From an uncultured Chloroflexia bacterium (GTDB lineage Bacteria > Chloroflexota > Dehalococcoidia > GIF9 > UBA5629), in contig CAVVVB010000017.1 of the NCBI GenBank assembly GCA_963751585.1, forward strand, positions 28,993 through 92,992: a stretch of DNA of 64,000 nt, given 5' to 3'. This document shows, piece by piece, positions 43,740 through 52,576 of the stretch. Below the pieces are notes generated by a model, which saw only the letters and a list, made by a program, of their open reading frames with translations, was not told where the DNA came from and made no database searches. Within the stretch, counting starts at the first letter, position 1, and every line of letters begins with the position of its first letter. The translations under genes were made by a program, and so were the position numbers.

Positions 43740-44939
43740 TTAAGATTTTACATTTGGCTCGTTGGCTAGAGCATCTTCGCTGTGGAACCTAATAACCAAT
43801 CTTCTATTCTCTAACTTTGCTCCCTTTACCGACAAGCCTGCCAGTGTTCGAGGCAAAATAATGTTTCGCCTGTAAGAGCCCACGTGGATTATTAGTTCAT
43901 CCCTATTCCGCATCAGGGATACCTCTTCCTTGGTCGCGTAGGGCAGGTCAAAGCTAAGAATATAGTAGCTATCTTCTTTTTCTATAGACTGGATCTTCCC
44001 ACGGTAGAAAAAGACAGTTGGGTCTTTGTCGCCGTACAGCTTGTGTGCCATAACCTGCAGCATATCTAACCCCATAACCTCTCGTTCCATCAGAGGGACT
44101 GTAATTACCGGCAGTGGGGCAAAACGCTCCACAATATCGTCATAGTAGTGCACCTGGTTCTCCTTCCAATAGTCGAAATAGCGATCGGTCACAGCCTGCG
44201 GGATAAACCGGTTACAGACAATGAGATCGGTAAAATAGCCGTAAAGATTCAAGTAAGTGAAGGTGCGCTGTGTCTCTTTAATGACCATCTTTTCCGGGTT
44301 TAGAACCAACCGCATCGACGTTTTGTCAAAGTCTGTGAGAATTGTCCGCATTTGTTTTAGCTGCGGAAATAGTTCTTGAATCGAATCGAAAACCTGCTCA
44401 TCGGGTATAGGTATGTGCAGGAAAGGCTTGAGAACAGGTCGAACAATCTTAGCCGCTTCGCGCTGAACCGGAAATAGCTTCTCCACCCACCAGTTAAGTA
44501 TCTCTGGAAAACTGAGCAGGCGGAGCGTCTCTCCAGTCGGGGCACAATCGACCACGATGGTGTCAAATTCGCCCTCCTCAGCATACTTAACTATATAAAG
44601 GAGGTTGGCCAGCTCCTCCATGCCTGGCAAAATAGCTATTTCCTCAGCTATAACATCTTGCAGTCCACGCCATGCCAAAAGCGCTGAAAGCCACTTGTGA
44701 ATTGTTGCCCACTGCTTTTCGATAGCAGAATTGAGATTAGTCTCCTGTCCCCACAAGTTAGTCGTAAGGGCACTGGGTTCTGAACCTATCGGTAAGTCAA
44801 AGCAATCCGAGAGGCTGTGCGCTGCATCGGTGCTCATCACTAGGGTTCGGTAACCTAACTCTGCACAACGAAGCGCAGTAGCTGCGGATACACTGGTCTT
44901 GCCAACACCACCCTTGCCCGAATAAAGAATAATACGCAT
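43740..44939 (-). CDS. ArsA/GET3(TRC40)-family ATPase with C-terminal HSP20-like domain
   Basis: P-loop SGKGGVGKTS and STDAAHSLSD. The C-terminal alpha-crystallin-like stretch is YILSFDLPYATKEEVSLMRNRDELIIHVGSYRRNIILP. Confidence 0.85.
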   Translation of the reverse strand: MRIILYSGKGGVGKTSVSAATALRCAELGYRTLVMSTDAAHSLSDCFDLPIGSEPSALTTNLWGQETNLNSAIEKQWATIHKWLSALLAWRGLQDVIAEEIAILPGMEELANLLYIVKYAEEGEFDTIVVDCAPTGETLRLLSFPEILNWWVEKLFPVQREAAKIVRPVLKPFLHIPIPDEQVFDSIQELFPQLKQMRTILTDFDKTSMRLVLNPEKMVIKETQRTFTYLNLYGYFTDLIVCNRFIPQAVTDRYFDYWKENQVHYYDDIVERFAPLPVITVPLMEREVMGLDMLQVMAHKLYGDKDPTVFFYRGKIQSIEKEDSYYILSFDLPYATKEEVSLMRNRDELIIHVGSYRRNIILPRTLAGLSVKGAKLENRRLVIRFHSEDALANEPNVKS

Positions 44940-45280
44940 ATCTTTCTACTTTACTAGATTATCCTGTTTTCAGTTGTCTTAATATTCAAAGACTTTGGCC
45001 GCCTATGATTGGATTTTAGCCGCCTCCACAACGGCTGTCAACTTGACTCTGACTGAAAGTAAGAGCATTTTCAAATGAATAGAGTGGTTTGACCCACGTT
45101 GTTCTTTGTCCTCTTTTTGCTGGAAGACTCATAAAAAGCTATAATAGCACCTCGCGTAGCTGAAAGTTCTTGTCCGCATACTAACAAGTTTTGTATAGCT
45201 ATCCTAATCGAAGTTCGCGATGGTGAGGGCATGCATATTGCCCGAGGTCAGTAACCAGTTAGCAGGGAACTGGAGTACAT

Positions 45281-47440
45281 ATGAAAACATTGGCTCAAAT
45301 CAAATATACACCTGAAAAGGTCATCGGTGGTTATACTGACCGTATACTCAATATCGACTTGACGACGCGAACAATAGCGATTCGGCAGTTAGCAGCTGAT
45401 TTTAAGGAAAAATACGTCGGCGGGCGTGGTTACGCTCTAAAGATCATTTGGGACGGTACATCGCGGGATACCCATTATGATAGCCCGGATAATATTCTGG
45501 TAATGGCTAGCGGGCCGTTGGGAAACGAGCCCGCATTCCCAGGAACAGGTAAATTCATAGTTGGCACCATTTCCCCTTTGACAGATACGTTCATCGATTC
45601 AAATATCGGCGGTCATTTTGGGCCTCTTTTGAAACTTGCGGGTTTTGATGCCCTTGCCGTTTTCGGAATATCCAAAGAAGAGGTGGTTATTATCGTTGAC
45701 GGCGACAAAAAGACAATTAGCATCGCTGCTGCCCCGGCTTATGATCAAGAAATTGACGATGGCGCAATTTCTTTTGGCCAGCAACTGCTGAAAGATATTA
45801 GCGGGGGAACATATTCCAATTCTCTTGCCGCCGTAACTGCAGGCAAAGGTGCGATCAATGCCAGGTTTGGTATTGTTAACAGCCTGTTCTTCGATGTTAA
45901 GCGAAATCGCATCCGTTCAAAGCAGGCAGGTAGAGGCGGCACCGGAACAGTTATGCGATACAAAGGTCTCCGTGGCATTGTGGTACGCTCCAGCCTACCA
46001 AAAGCAAACGGCAACAACGCTATGGATAAGGAAGCTGTGCGGGTGGCAGGTTCCCAACTAAAGGCAGTTATCTCAGAATGCGACTCCAAGCAACTACAAC
46101 TAGCCGCATGGGGAACCACGGGTTTGTCACAGTATATGGATAAGTTTCATCTCTTCCCCATTAATAACTACCAATATGGCCAGAGCCCCGAATCTTCGAA
46201 GCTATTCTCAGATATTTTCCTTAACAAGTACTTTGCAAAGAAGATGCCTGACGGTTGCTACTATGGATGCAATCTTGCGTGTGCCAAGAGCGCGGAAAGC
46301 ATCAAACTCAAAGGGGGGCCAATGGCGGGGCGCGTGGTTAACGTTGACGGGCCTGAGTACGAAACGGTGGCCGCCGTAGCCTGTATGGGCATCTTCGACC
46401 CGCACTTTGTCATAGAATACAATTGGTATTGTGATGAATACGGCCTTGACACTATTTCAACCGGTGTGACAATCGGGTTCTTTATGGAGTGTTTCCAACG
46501 CGGATTTCTGAGTTCTAACGATACAGGTTACGAATTGACGTTCGGCAACATGCAAGCGGCTGATAGACTGCTGCATGAAATAGCCAGCGGCAAGGGCTTC
46601 AGTAAGATTGCTGGCCAGGGTGTAGCCAGAGGCAAGCGATGGGTTTCTCAGAAGTGTGCCAGCCGAAACAAAACTTCGGAAGAAGCGGTCATGACCGAGT
46701 TAAATAAATTTGGCATGGAAGTTAAAGGCCTCGAGTTCTCTATGTATATTACCAAGGAGTCACTGGCTCAACAGGCCGGATATGGCCTGGCTCTCAAAGG
46801 CCCTCAACATGACGAAGCCTGGCTAATCTTCATCGACCAGGTGCACAAAGAATTGCCGACCTTGGAGCAAAAGGCCAATGCGCTAAAATGGTTCCCACTC
46901 ATCCGAACATGGTTCAATGCAACCGGCCTCTGTAAATTGCCGTGGATCGACGTACGAAACCCAGAGGCAGCTAACACAAATGAGCCGGCGAAGAATCTGC
47001 CCACATTAGCCTATTATGTCTCCTATCTCAACGCCACAACGGGTAGTAATAAGAATCTTGAAGGCATTCTGAATGATTCGGAGAGGCTGTACATACTTCA
47101 AAAGTTGATCAACTTGAGGCAGGGTAAAGGAACTCGGATACACGATCAGGTCCCACTGAGAGCCATTGGCCCCGCCTATCTTAACGAATATCAAGCACGC
47201 GCCGATTATTATGACGAATGGTTGGGGCAGCATATTCATAACGGTAAAATCCCAGCTACCCTCCAAGAACGACATTCACTTCTTATTGAAAAAAGGATGG
47301 AAGCCTACCAGCAGCTTTGCAGTATCGTCTACGAAAAGAAGGGCTTCACATCCGAAGGCATACCAAAGCGTGAGACAGTGGAAAAATTCGGACTACTGGA
47401 CAAACAAGTTGAGCATCTGCTAGGCGAATTTAGTGTATGA
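45281..47440 (+). CDS. Aldehyde:ferredoxin oxidoreductase (AOR) family tungsten enzyme, long form (719 aa)
   Basis: AOR_N motifs (GGRGYALKIIW, GPLG, GTGKF, SPLT), GPEYETVAAVACMG, CDEYGLDTISTG and CYYGCNLAC. It carries an extra insertion of about 90 aa relative to the 634-aa paralogue. Confidence 0.88.
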   Translation: MKTLAQIKYTPEKVIGGYTDRILNIDLTTRTIAIRQLAADFKEKYVGGRGYALKIIWDGTSRDTHYDSPDNILVMASGPLGNEPAFPGTGKFIVGTISPLTDTFIDSNIGGHFGPLLKLAGFDALAVFGISKEEVVIIVDGDKKTISIAAAPAYDQEIDDGAISFGQQLLKDISGGTYSNSLAAVTAGKGAINARFGIVNSLFFDVKRNRIRSKQAGRGGTGTVMRYKGLRGIVVRSSLPKANGNNAMDKEAVRVAGSQLKAVISECDSKQLQLAAWGTTGLSQYMDKFHLFPINNYQYGQSPESSKLFSDIFLNKYFAKKMPDGCYYGCNLACAKSAESIKLKGGPMAGRVVNVDGPEYETVAAVACMGIFDPHFVIEYNWYCDEYGLDTISTGVTIGFFMECFQRGFLSSNDTGYELTFGNMQAADRLLHEIASGKGFSKIAGQGVARGKRWVSQKCASRNKTSEEAVMTELNKFGMEVKGLEFSMYITKESLAQQAGYGLALKGPQHDEAWLIFIDQVHKELPTLEQKANALKWFPLIRTWFNATGLCKLPWIDVRNPEAANTNEPAKNLPTLAYYVSYLNATTGSNKNLEGILNDSERLYILQKLINLRQGKGTRIHDQVPLRAIGPAYLNEYQARADYYDEWLGQHIHNGKIPATLQERHSLLIEKRMEAYQQLCSIVYEKKGFTSEGIPKRETVEKFGLLDKQVEHLLGEFSV

Positions 47441-47485
47441 CGGTGAGTTAAAACTGTTACAGGTGCAAAAACCCGGATTCGAAAG

Positions 47486-47731
47486 ATGGCAGTTTCAATT
47501 GAGTTCTTAGGAATGCAGCGCGCGGTGACAAGCGCCGACAGGATGGAAATGCCTGTGACCGTAGGCGCAAAGGTGAGCGATGCGCTTGAATACGTCAGAC
47601 GAAAGCATCCTGGCCTCCGCTTGGACGAGGAGATGATGCTCGTAATCGTCAATCTCAAAACAGCGTCTCTCGACACCGTTCTAAAGGATAATGACACCGT
47701 CTCATTTCTGCCTATTATTGGCGGCGGTTAG
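47486..47731 (+). CDS. MoaD/ThiS-like beta-grasp protein ending in Gly-Gly-Gly
   Basis: 81 aa with C-terminus ...DNDTVSFLPIIGGG*, immediately downstream of the AOR gene. Confidence 0.7.
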   Translation: MAVSIEFLGMQRAVTSADRMEMPVTVGAKVSDALEYVRRKHPGLRLDEEMMLVIVNLKTASLDTVLKDNDTVSFLPIIGGG

Positions 47732-47811
47732 GATAACAATTTGTTAGAGGGCCGTCGTAGGCGCGTCGGATCCGCTTTAACGACCGACCGACGTTATTAA
47801 CGGAGGTGACC

Positions 47812-48846
47812 ATGAAGAAAATCGCTGTTGAGGAGCACTTCCTTACCCAGGGCTTTGTAGAGTACCTTGTCTCCAAAAAAGAAGGAGCAAGGTGGGAAGT
47901 CATCGAACCCGGCAAGATCGAACGCGTCTACTGGTCGTCATCCTTCAGTATGCCCATGAATCCAGAACTGAAGAAAGCACTGCTCGATCTTAGCAACATG
48001 AGGTTGCGACTCATGGATGAGGCCGGCATCGACATGCAGGTGCTTTCCTTATCAGCTCCGGGACTCGAGGCACTGGATCCTTCTGAGGGCACGACTTTGG
48101 CCGAGCAAATCAATAACGAACTTGCCGGGGTCATAAAAAGAAACCCGAACAGATTTGCCGGGCTTGCCGCCATAGCACCGCAGAATCCCGATGCAGCCGC
48201 TAAGGAATTGCGACGGGCTGTGCGAGACCTTGGATTCAAAGGAGCAATAATAAACTCCCACATAAACGGCGAGTATCTTGATGATCAGAAATTCTGGGTC
48301 ATCTTAGAAACAGCAGAGAAGCTGGGTGTCCCCATTTATCTGCATCCCAGACAGCCTTCGCCTGATATGATAAAGCCATATCTAACTTACCCGGCACTGG
48401 CCAGTGCCATGTGGGGATTTGGTGCTGAGACTGGCTTGCACGCCATGCGCCTCATCTGCGCTGGCATCTTCGATAGATATCCCAACCTGAAGATCATACT
48501 CGGACATTTAGGGGAGGCGATTCCCTATTGGCTATGGCGAATAGACAACTTCTGGCTAGTTGTGAAAAGAGGCATGCGCACCGCCGACCCATCCGGCACC
48601 AAGTGCCAAAAAGAGCCGAGCCAATACTTCAAGAACAACTTCTACGTTTCAATCAGCGGTATGTTTTGGCAGCCAGCGATGCTATGTGCTCAGATGGCTG
48701 TGGGAGTAGACAGGATATTGTTTGCTGTAGACTATCCCTACGAATTGAACAACGAAGCCGTGAATTTCATGGAGTCATTGCCACTAAGCAATGATGACAA
48801 GGAAAAAATTTATCATCTAAATGCAGAAAGGCTTTTGGGACTGTAA
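47812..48846 (+). CDS. Amidohydrolase_2 family, decarboxylase-like subgroup (LigW / gamma-resorcylate decarboxylase type)
   Basis: KKIAVEEHF N-terminus, FKGAIINSH, IYLHPRQP, LGHLGEAIPY and FAVDYPYE. The ATG at 47812 sits 5 nt after GGAGG. Confidence 0.8.
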   Translation: MKKIAVEEHFLTQGFVEYLVSKKEGARWEVIEPGKIERVYWSSSFSMPMNPELKKALLDLSNMRLRLMDEAGIDMQVLSLSAPGLEALDPSEGTTLAEQINNELAGVIKRNPNRFAGLAAIAPQNPDAAAKELRRAVRDLGFKGAIINSHINGEYLDDQKFWVILETAEKLGVPIYLHPRQPSPDMIKPYLTYPALASAMWGFGAETGLHAMRLICAGIFDRYPNLKIILGHLGEAIPYWLWRIDNFWLVVKRGMRTADPSGTKCQKEPSQYFKNNFYVSISGMFWQPAMLCAQMAVGVDRILFAVDYPYELNNEAVNFMESLPLSNDDKEKIYHLNAERLLGL

Positions 48847-48862
48847 ATCCCAAAAGCCTTTA
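48830..48862. terminator. Hairpin overlapping the stop codon between convergent genes
   Basis: GGCTTTTGGGA (48830-48840) pairs with TCCCAAAAGCC (48848-48858). The loop is CTGTAAA, followed by TTT. Confidence 0.55.
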
Positions 48863-48952
48863 CTTATCACTGCCGGCTAGATAATTTTCCCTCAGATAAC
48901 GAGAACCGTGCTAGACCATTCCAAGTCTCTCACAGATTCAGTTATCTTATTT

Positions 48953-50857
48953 TCACTCCTGGTAGACTCCGGTCTTTTCCAACTGGTCAGCCACATATTT
49001 CAGCCCCAGTTTCTCGAGGGTGTCCTTTCTGGGAGCTCCAGTTTTCCTATCCGATCCTCGCAGATCATACCAGGCATCCTTCAGAACCTCGAATTTTTCC
49101 AGGTCAATGGTCTTGCCGGCATCAGCTCCACTCGGTACTGGAGTGTCCAAAAAATATTGCGGCGGATTGTCATCTTTGCGTCTGATGCCGTGCTTTACCA
49201 AGTAGGCCCTTTCCAAATTGTAGACCCTGTCCGCAACATCATGTAATCGTTGCTCGCTGAAATCGAAGCCAGTGAGCGCCGACAGCAGCTCCGCCATCCT
49301 GGCGACGCCACCTTTCCCTGGCTCCATAATCTCAAAATCAGTCAGGAACTTGCATATCTCCGTACAGTCGGCGGCTGTATTGCTATGCTCCCTATCTGTG
49401 CACCACTTAGCGTACTTAGGATCATAGTCCCAGAATTTGGGCGGCCCCGGCTCCGGCTTTACGTGGGGGAAAACCGACGAACGCAGATGGCAAAAGCCGC
49501 GCGTCGAAAAAGCAAAGCCCATAACAGTGGGCATGTAAGAAGCAATGCGGTCGGGATGGGACTTTCCTTTGATATGATGAACATATTTCTCGGCCCCCTT
49601 ACCGATCTTACGGGCAGCATTTAGCGTCCCGTCGGCCAGAATAGCACCGAACCCTTCCCTGTAGGCTATTTGTCGTATTAGCTCCAGAATTACTTCTTTG
49701 TTACCCCACTCAAGTCTCAGACCACCGGTGTCTTTTCTGGTCAGAATGCCCCTCTGATAGCATTCAAACGCCATCGACATGCTATGGCCAAGCTCCATCA
49801 GATCCATGCCCCATTTATTGGCCAGATTGGTGGCTAGAAGGCCAAACCCCACGTCAAAGACACCCAGCAATGTAGTCACGGCGGCAAAAGCAAATTCGGG
49901 GCGGGAGCCTCGCTCTCCGGCAAAGGGCCCATCAGTAATTTCCATGAATTTCTGACAGCCATGGGGACAAGCGAAACAGCTAATATCCCTAATCTTATAC
50001 TTAGGCAGCCAATTCTGCACGAAGAAGTCCCTGAGCTCCTCGTCGTTTCTATGCAGCTCCTGGGCATTATTAATGGGCAGGACATGGATTTGATTGAATG
50101 TACCGATCAAATACGGGCTGCCAAATTCATGATGAGTACCTGACAAAGGTCCTTTCGGCATATCTTCATACCAGCTCCGGATCATTTCTGTGTATTTCTT
50201 CAAGTTGGCTACTTTTACAGACTTGGAGCCTCTGAAAACAATTGCCTTAAGGTTCTTCGACCCCATCACGGCGCCCATACCACACTGGCCGGCTACTCTC
50301 TCATCAGGAGGAACCGGGCAGGCATACTTGACAAGGCTCTCTCCAGCCGGCCCGATCGCCAAAGGCTGCACATCTTTATCGCCGAGTTCTTGCTTTATCT
50401 TTGCCTCGAACTCCCATATATCGGTTCCCCACAGATGCTGCGCATCTCTTATTTCCACTTCGTCATCGTGTACCCAGATATAAACGGGTTTCTTTGCCCT
50501 GCCCTGGACAATGACATGGTCATATCCGGCGAATTTCACCTCGGCGGCAAGAGACCCACCACCACTACCGTCACCCAGATGGCCCGTTAGCGGAGACTTG
50601 CATGTCAACGTATAACGCCCGCTACCCAAGGGCATGGTACCACTCGTAGGGCCGGTGCCAATAATGAACCGGTTGTCCGGTCCCAACGGGTCAGTTTCAG
50701 GACCGGTTTCATCATAAAGTATCTTGGCATTAAGACCCCTACCCCCCACAAAGTCATAAAGTACATCTTCTTTCAGGGGCTCTTTGGTGACCTTTCCCTT
50801 GGAAAGGTCGATCCTGAGATTATTCCCCATCCAGCCATACCATTCAGTCATGTTCAT
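48953..50857 (-). CDS. Aldehyde:ferredoxin oxidoreductase (AOR) family tungsten enzyme (634 aa)
   Basis: GGRGLNAKILYDE, GTGPTSG, SPLTGHLG, CFACPHGCQKF and NKWGMDLMELG. Confidence 0.88.
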   Translation of the reverse strand: MNMTEWYGWMGNNLRIDLSKGKVTKEPLKEDVLYDFVGGRGLNAKILYDETGPETDPLGPDNRFIIGTGPTSGTMPLGSGRYTLTCKSPLTGHLGDGSGGGSLAAEVKFAGYDHVIVQGRAKKPVYIWVHDDEVEIRDAQHLWGTDIWEFEAKIKQELGDKDVQPLAIGPAGESLVKYACPVPPDERVAGQCGMGAVMGSKNLKAIVFRGSKSVKVANLKKYTEMIRSWYEDMPKGPLSGTHHEFGSPYLIGTFNQIHVLPINNAQELHRNDEELRDFFVQNWLPKYKIRDISCFACPHGCQKFMEITDGPFAGERGSRPEFAFAAVTTLLGVFDVGFGLLATNLANKWGMDLMELGHSMSMAFECYQRGILTRKDTGGLRLEWGNKEVILELIRQIAYREGFGAILADGTLNAARKIGKGAEKYVHHIKGKSHPDRIASYMPTVMGFAFSTRGFCHLRSSVFPHVKPEPGPPKFWDYDPKYAKWCTDREHSNTAADCTEICKFLTDFEIMEPGKGGVARMAELLSALTGFDFSEQRLHDVADRVYNLERAYLVKHGIRRKDDNPPQYFLDTPVPSGADAGKTIDLEKFEVLKDAWYDLRGSDRKTGAPRKDTLEKLGLKYVADQLEKTGVYQE

Positions 50858-50887
50858 GCCTCCTACTAGTTTATTGTCTCGTTATGT

Positions 50888-51358
50888 TCAATGCGGTGGA
50901 CCTCCGTGAGGTGGTGCAGCCGGAGCCGCCACAGGCTCTGGAACTCGTTCAAACTTGAGCACCTTCTCGAAACACCATTTAGCACATTCAGGATCACCGT
51001 TACACAGATCGCAGATCTTAGCCGTTTTGGAAATAGGGTCCATGATAATGGCGCCTTGCGGACAAGCCTTGGCGCAAAGACCACAGGCATTGCATTTTTC
51101 TATGTTAACCCTAACAATCCCAGCCTTCTCATCCCAGGCGAGGGCACCTCGATTGCAGGCGTCGAGACAAGTCTTGCACTGAGTGCAAACTAGCGGCGCG
51201 TTTATCCCTTCTCTGGATCTGACCACGACTTTGATTCTGGCTCTCCTGGGGTTGAATTCACCTTCATGAAAGAAGGTGCAGGCTTGTTCGCACATGCGGC
51301 AACCGGTGCATCTCTTGGCATCTACAGTGAGTTTCCATGTACCTTGGTCGACAACCAT
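50888..51358 (-). CDS. Poly-[4Fe-4S] ferredoxin subunit (AorA-like) with a Pro/Ala-rich C-terminal tail
   Basis: CTGCRMCEQAC, CTQCKTCLDAC, CNACGLCAKACP and CDLCNGDPECAKWC, with the tail VPEPVAAPAAPPHGGPPH. It lies directly upstream of the AOR gene. Confidence 0.8.
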   Translation of the reverse strand: MVVDQGTWKLTVDAKRCTGCRMCEQACTFFHEGEFNPRRARIKVVVRSREGINAPLVCTQCKTCLDACNRGALAWDEKAGIVRVNIEKCNACGLCAKACPQGAIIMDPISKTAKICDLCNGDPECAKWCFEKVLKFERVPEPVAAPAAPPHGGPPH

Positions 51359-51409
51359 CTTTGAGACCTCCTTTCTACGTATGCATTCATTTCACGCAAA
51401 AGTCGCAGT

Positions 51410-51438
51410 ATTTTAGTATTTCCGTGTCACATTGTCAA
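51410..51438 (-). promoter_or_regulatory. Sigma70-like promoter on the minus strand (TTGACA-17-TAAAAT)
   Basis: The plus strand reads TGTCAA at 51433-51438 and ATTTTA at 51410-15, about 50 nt upstream of the 51358 start (RBS AGGAGG). Confidence 0.5.
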
Positions 51439-51808
51439 AAGCTTGCAGGTCTGGATCATTTGACTAATGCAATTTGCACCATAATTATCCTCTCCAGAGG
51501 GGGGTTGCCATTTCTATGATTTCACAAATGGGGAAGAATGAGGAACAGGAACAATAGCGGACTCACAAAAAGCTACTTTGCACAAGGCAACTCTAACAAA
51601 CCCGGAGGAGGCCTGGCTACAATACTTGTAGCCCAGTCAATAAATTCCCAGGACCAGACATTTCACCATAAGGGAATTCAGGGTACTTAAAATAAAAGAG
51701 GCACACCCCGAACTTCCAAAACCTGAGTTTCATGCTGTCGGGGTGTACCCCTTGACAAACCACCAGTTAATAGATAAGACGAATTTACGACAATTCCTAC
51801 TAACTATC

Positions 51809-52297
51809 CTATGGTTGTACCACGATTTGCGATGGGTCAGAGGCATAGATCTGAGGACCGCCAGTGAAGCTGTTCTTGGTAACATCACCGGTGACACAGA
51901 TGTTTTGGCCGGCTTTGTAAAATGTTTTAGGATCGCTAGGCCACTTTTTAGCATTCTCTTGCGTAATCAGAACAGCCATCATCATCGGAGCACCCATTTC
52001 AATTATATCCTCACCGGGGGGCACGGGTTTTATCATGGTATCGGCAACGGGACCGCATACGGTTCCGCTCTTACCGATCAGCGTTCCGGCATTATCCCAC
52101 GTAACGCTGCCCGCGGGTGCTGTCGCTGCTGGCGGCGTTGGGGGTGGTGCCGGGGCTGGGGTTGGTGCTGGCGCTGGTGCTGGGGCTGGTGCTGGGGCTG
52201 GTGCTGGGGCTGGTGCTGGGGCTGGCGCCGCGCAGGCAATCGCCATAGTTAAAACTACGATCAGCCCAAGCACTACAAACAGTATACCTCTTCTCAT
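51809..52297 (-). CDS. Small lipoprotein with a long (Pro-Ala)n linker
   Basis: Signal peptide and lipobox AIA|CAA, then [35 protein letters not shown], then a globular part of about 100 aa of unknown family. Confidence 0.6.
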   Translation of the reverse strand: [162 protein letters not shown]

Positions 52298-52336
52298 AAC
52301 TCCTCCTTTTAATTTTTATCCCGTAGGATAGGCTGT

Positions 52337-52366
52337 ATTATAGAGTGGCATTTTCTATTTTGTCAA
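52337..52366 (-). promoter_or_regulatory. Sigma70-like promoter on the minus strand (TTGACA-18-TATAAT)
   Basis: The plus strand reads TGTCAA at 52361-52366 and ATTATA at 52337-52342, about 40 nt upstream of the 52297 start. Confidence 0.5.
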
Positions 52367-52576
52367 GACCCTAAAGCCAAATAACGAATTCTCTGGCAAT
52401 TTTTCAAAAACGATGCAATAACGATCTGAGAACAGGCGACGTAACACCGGAATGAGGCAGCCATGGTTGCTGTAAGCTCGCTACCCATAGTCTGCCTCCT
52501 TAGCTAAACTGACTTCAATTTGACGAGATTGAACTTCCCGTTCAAATGCCTTTGTGCCAACAGTCCATAGAAGGTC

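Noticed and set aside
45146-45280. Possible Moco/Wco riboswitch in the leader of about 130 nt of the first AOR gene (a CCCGAGG box near 45245). A weak TTGCTG-17-TATAAT promoter lies at 45117-45145.
   Set aside because: I cannot reproduce the Moco-motif consensus helices by eye. The call needs an Infernal scan with RF01055 before any claim can be made.
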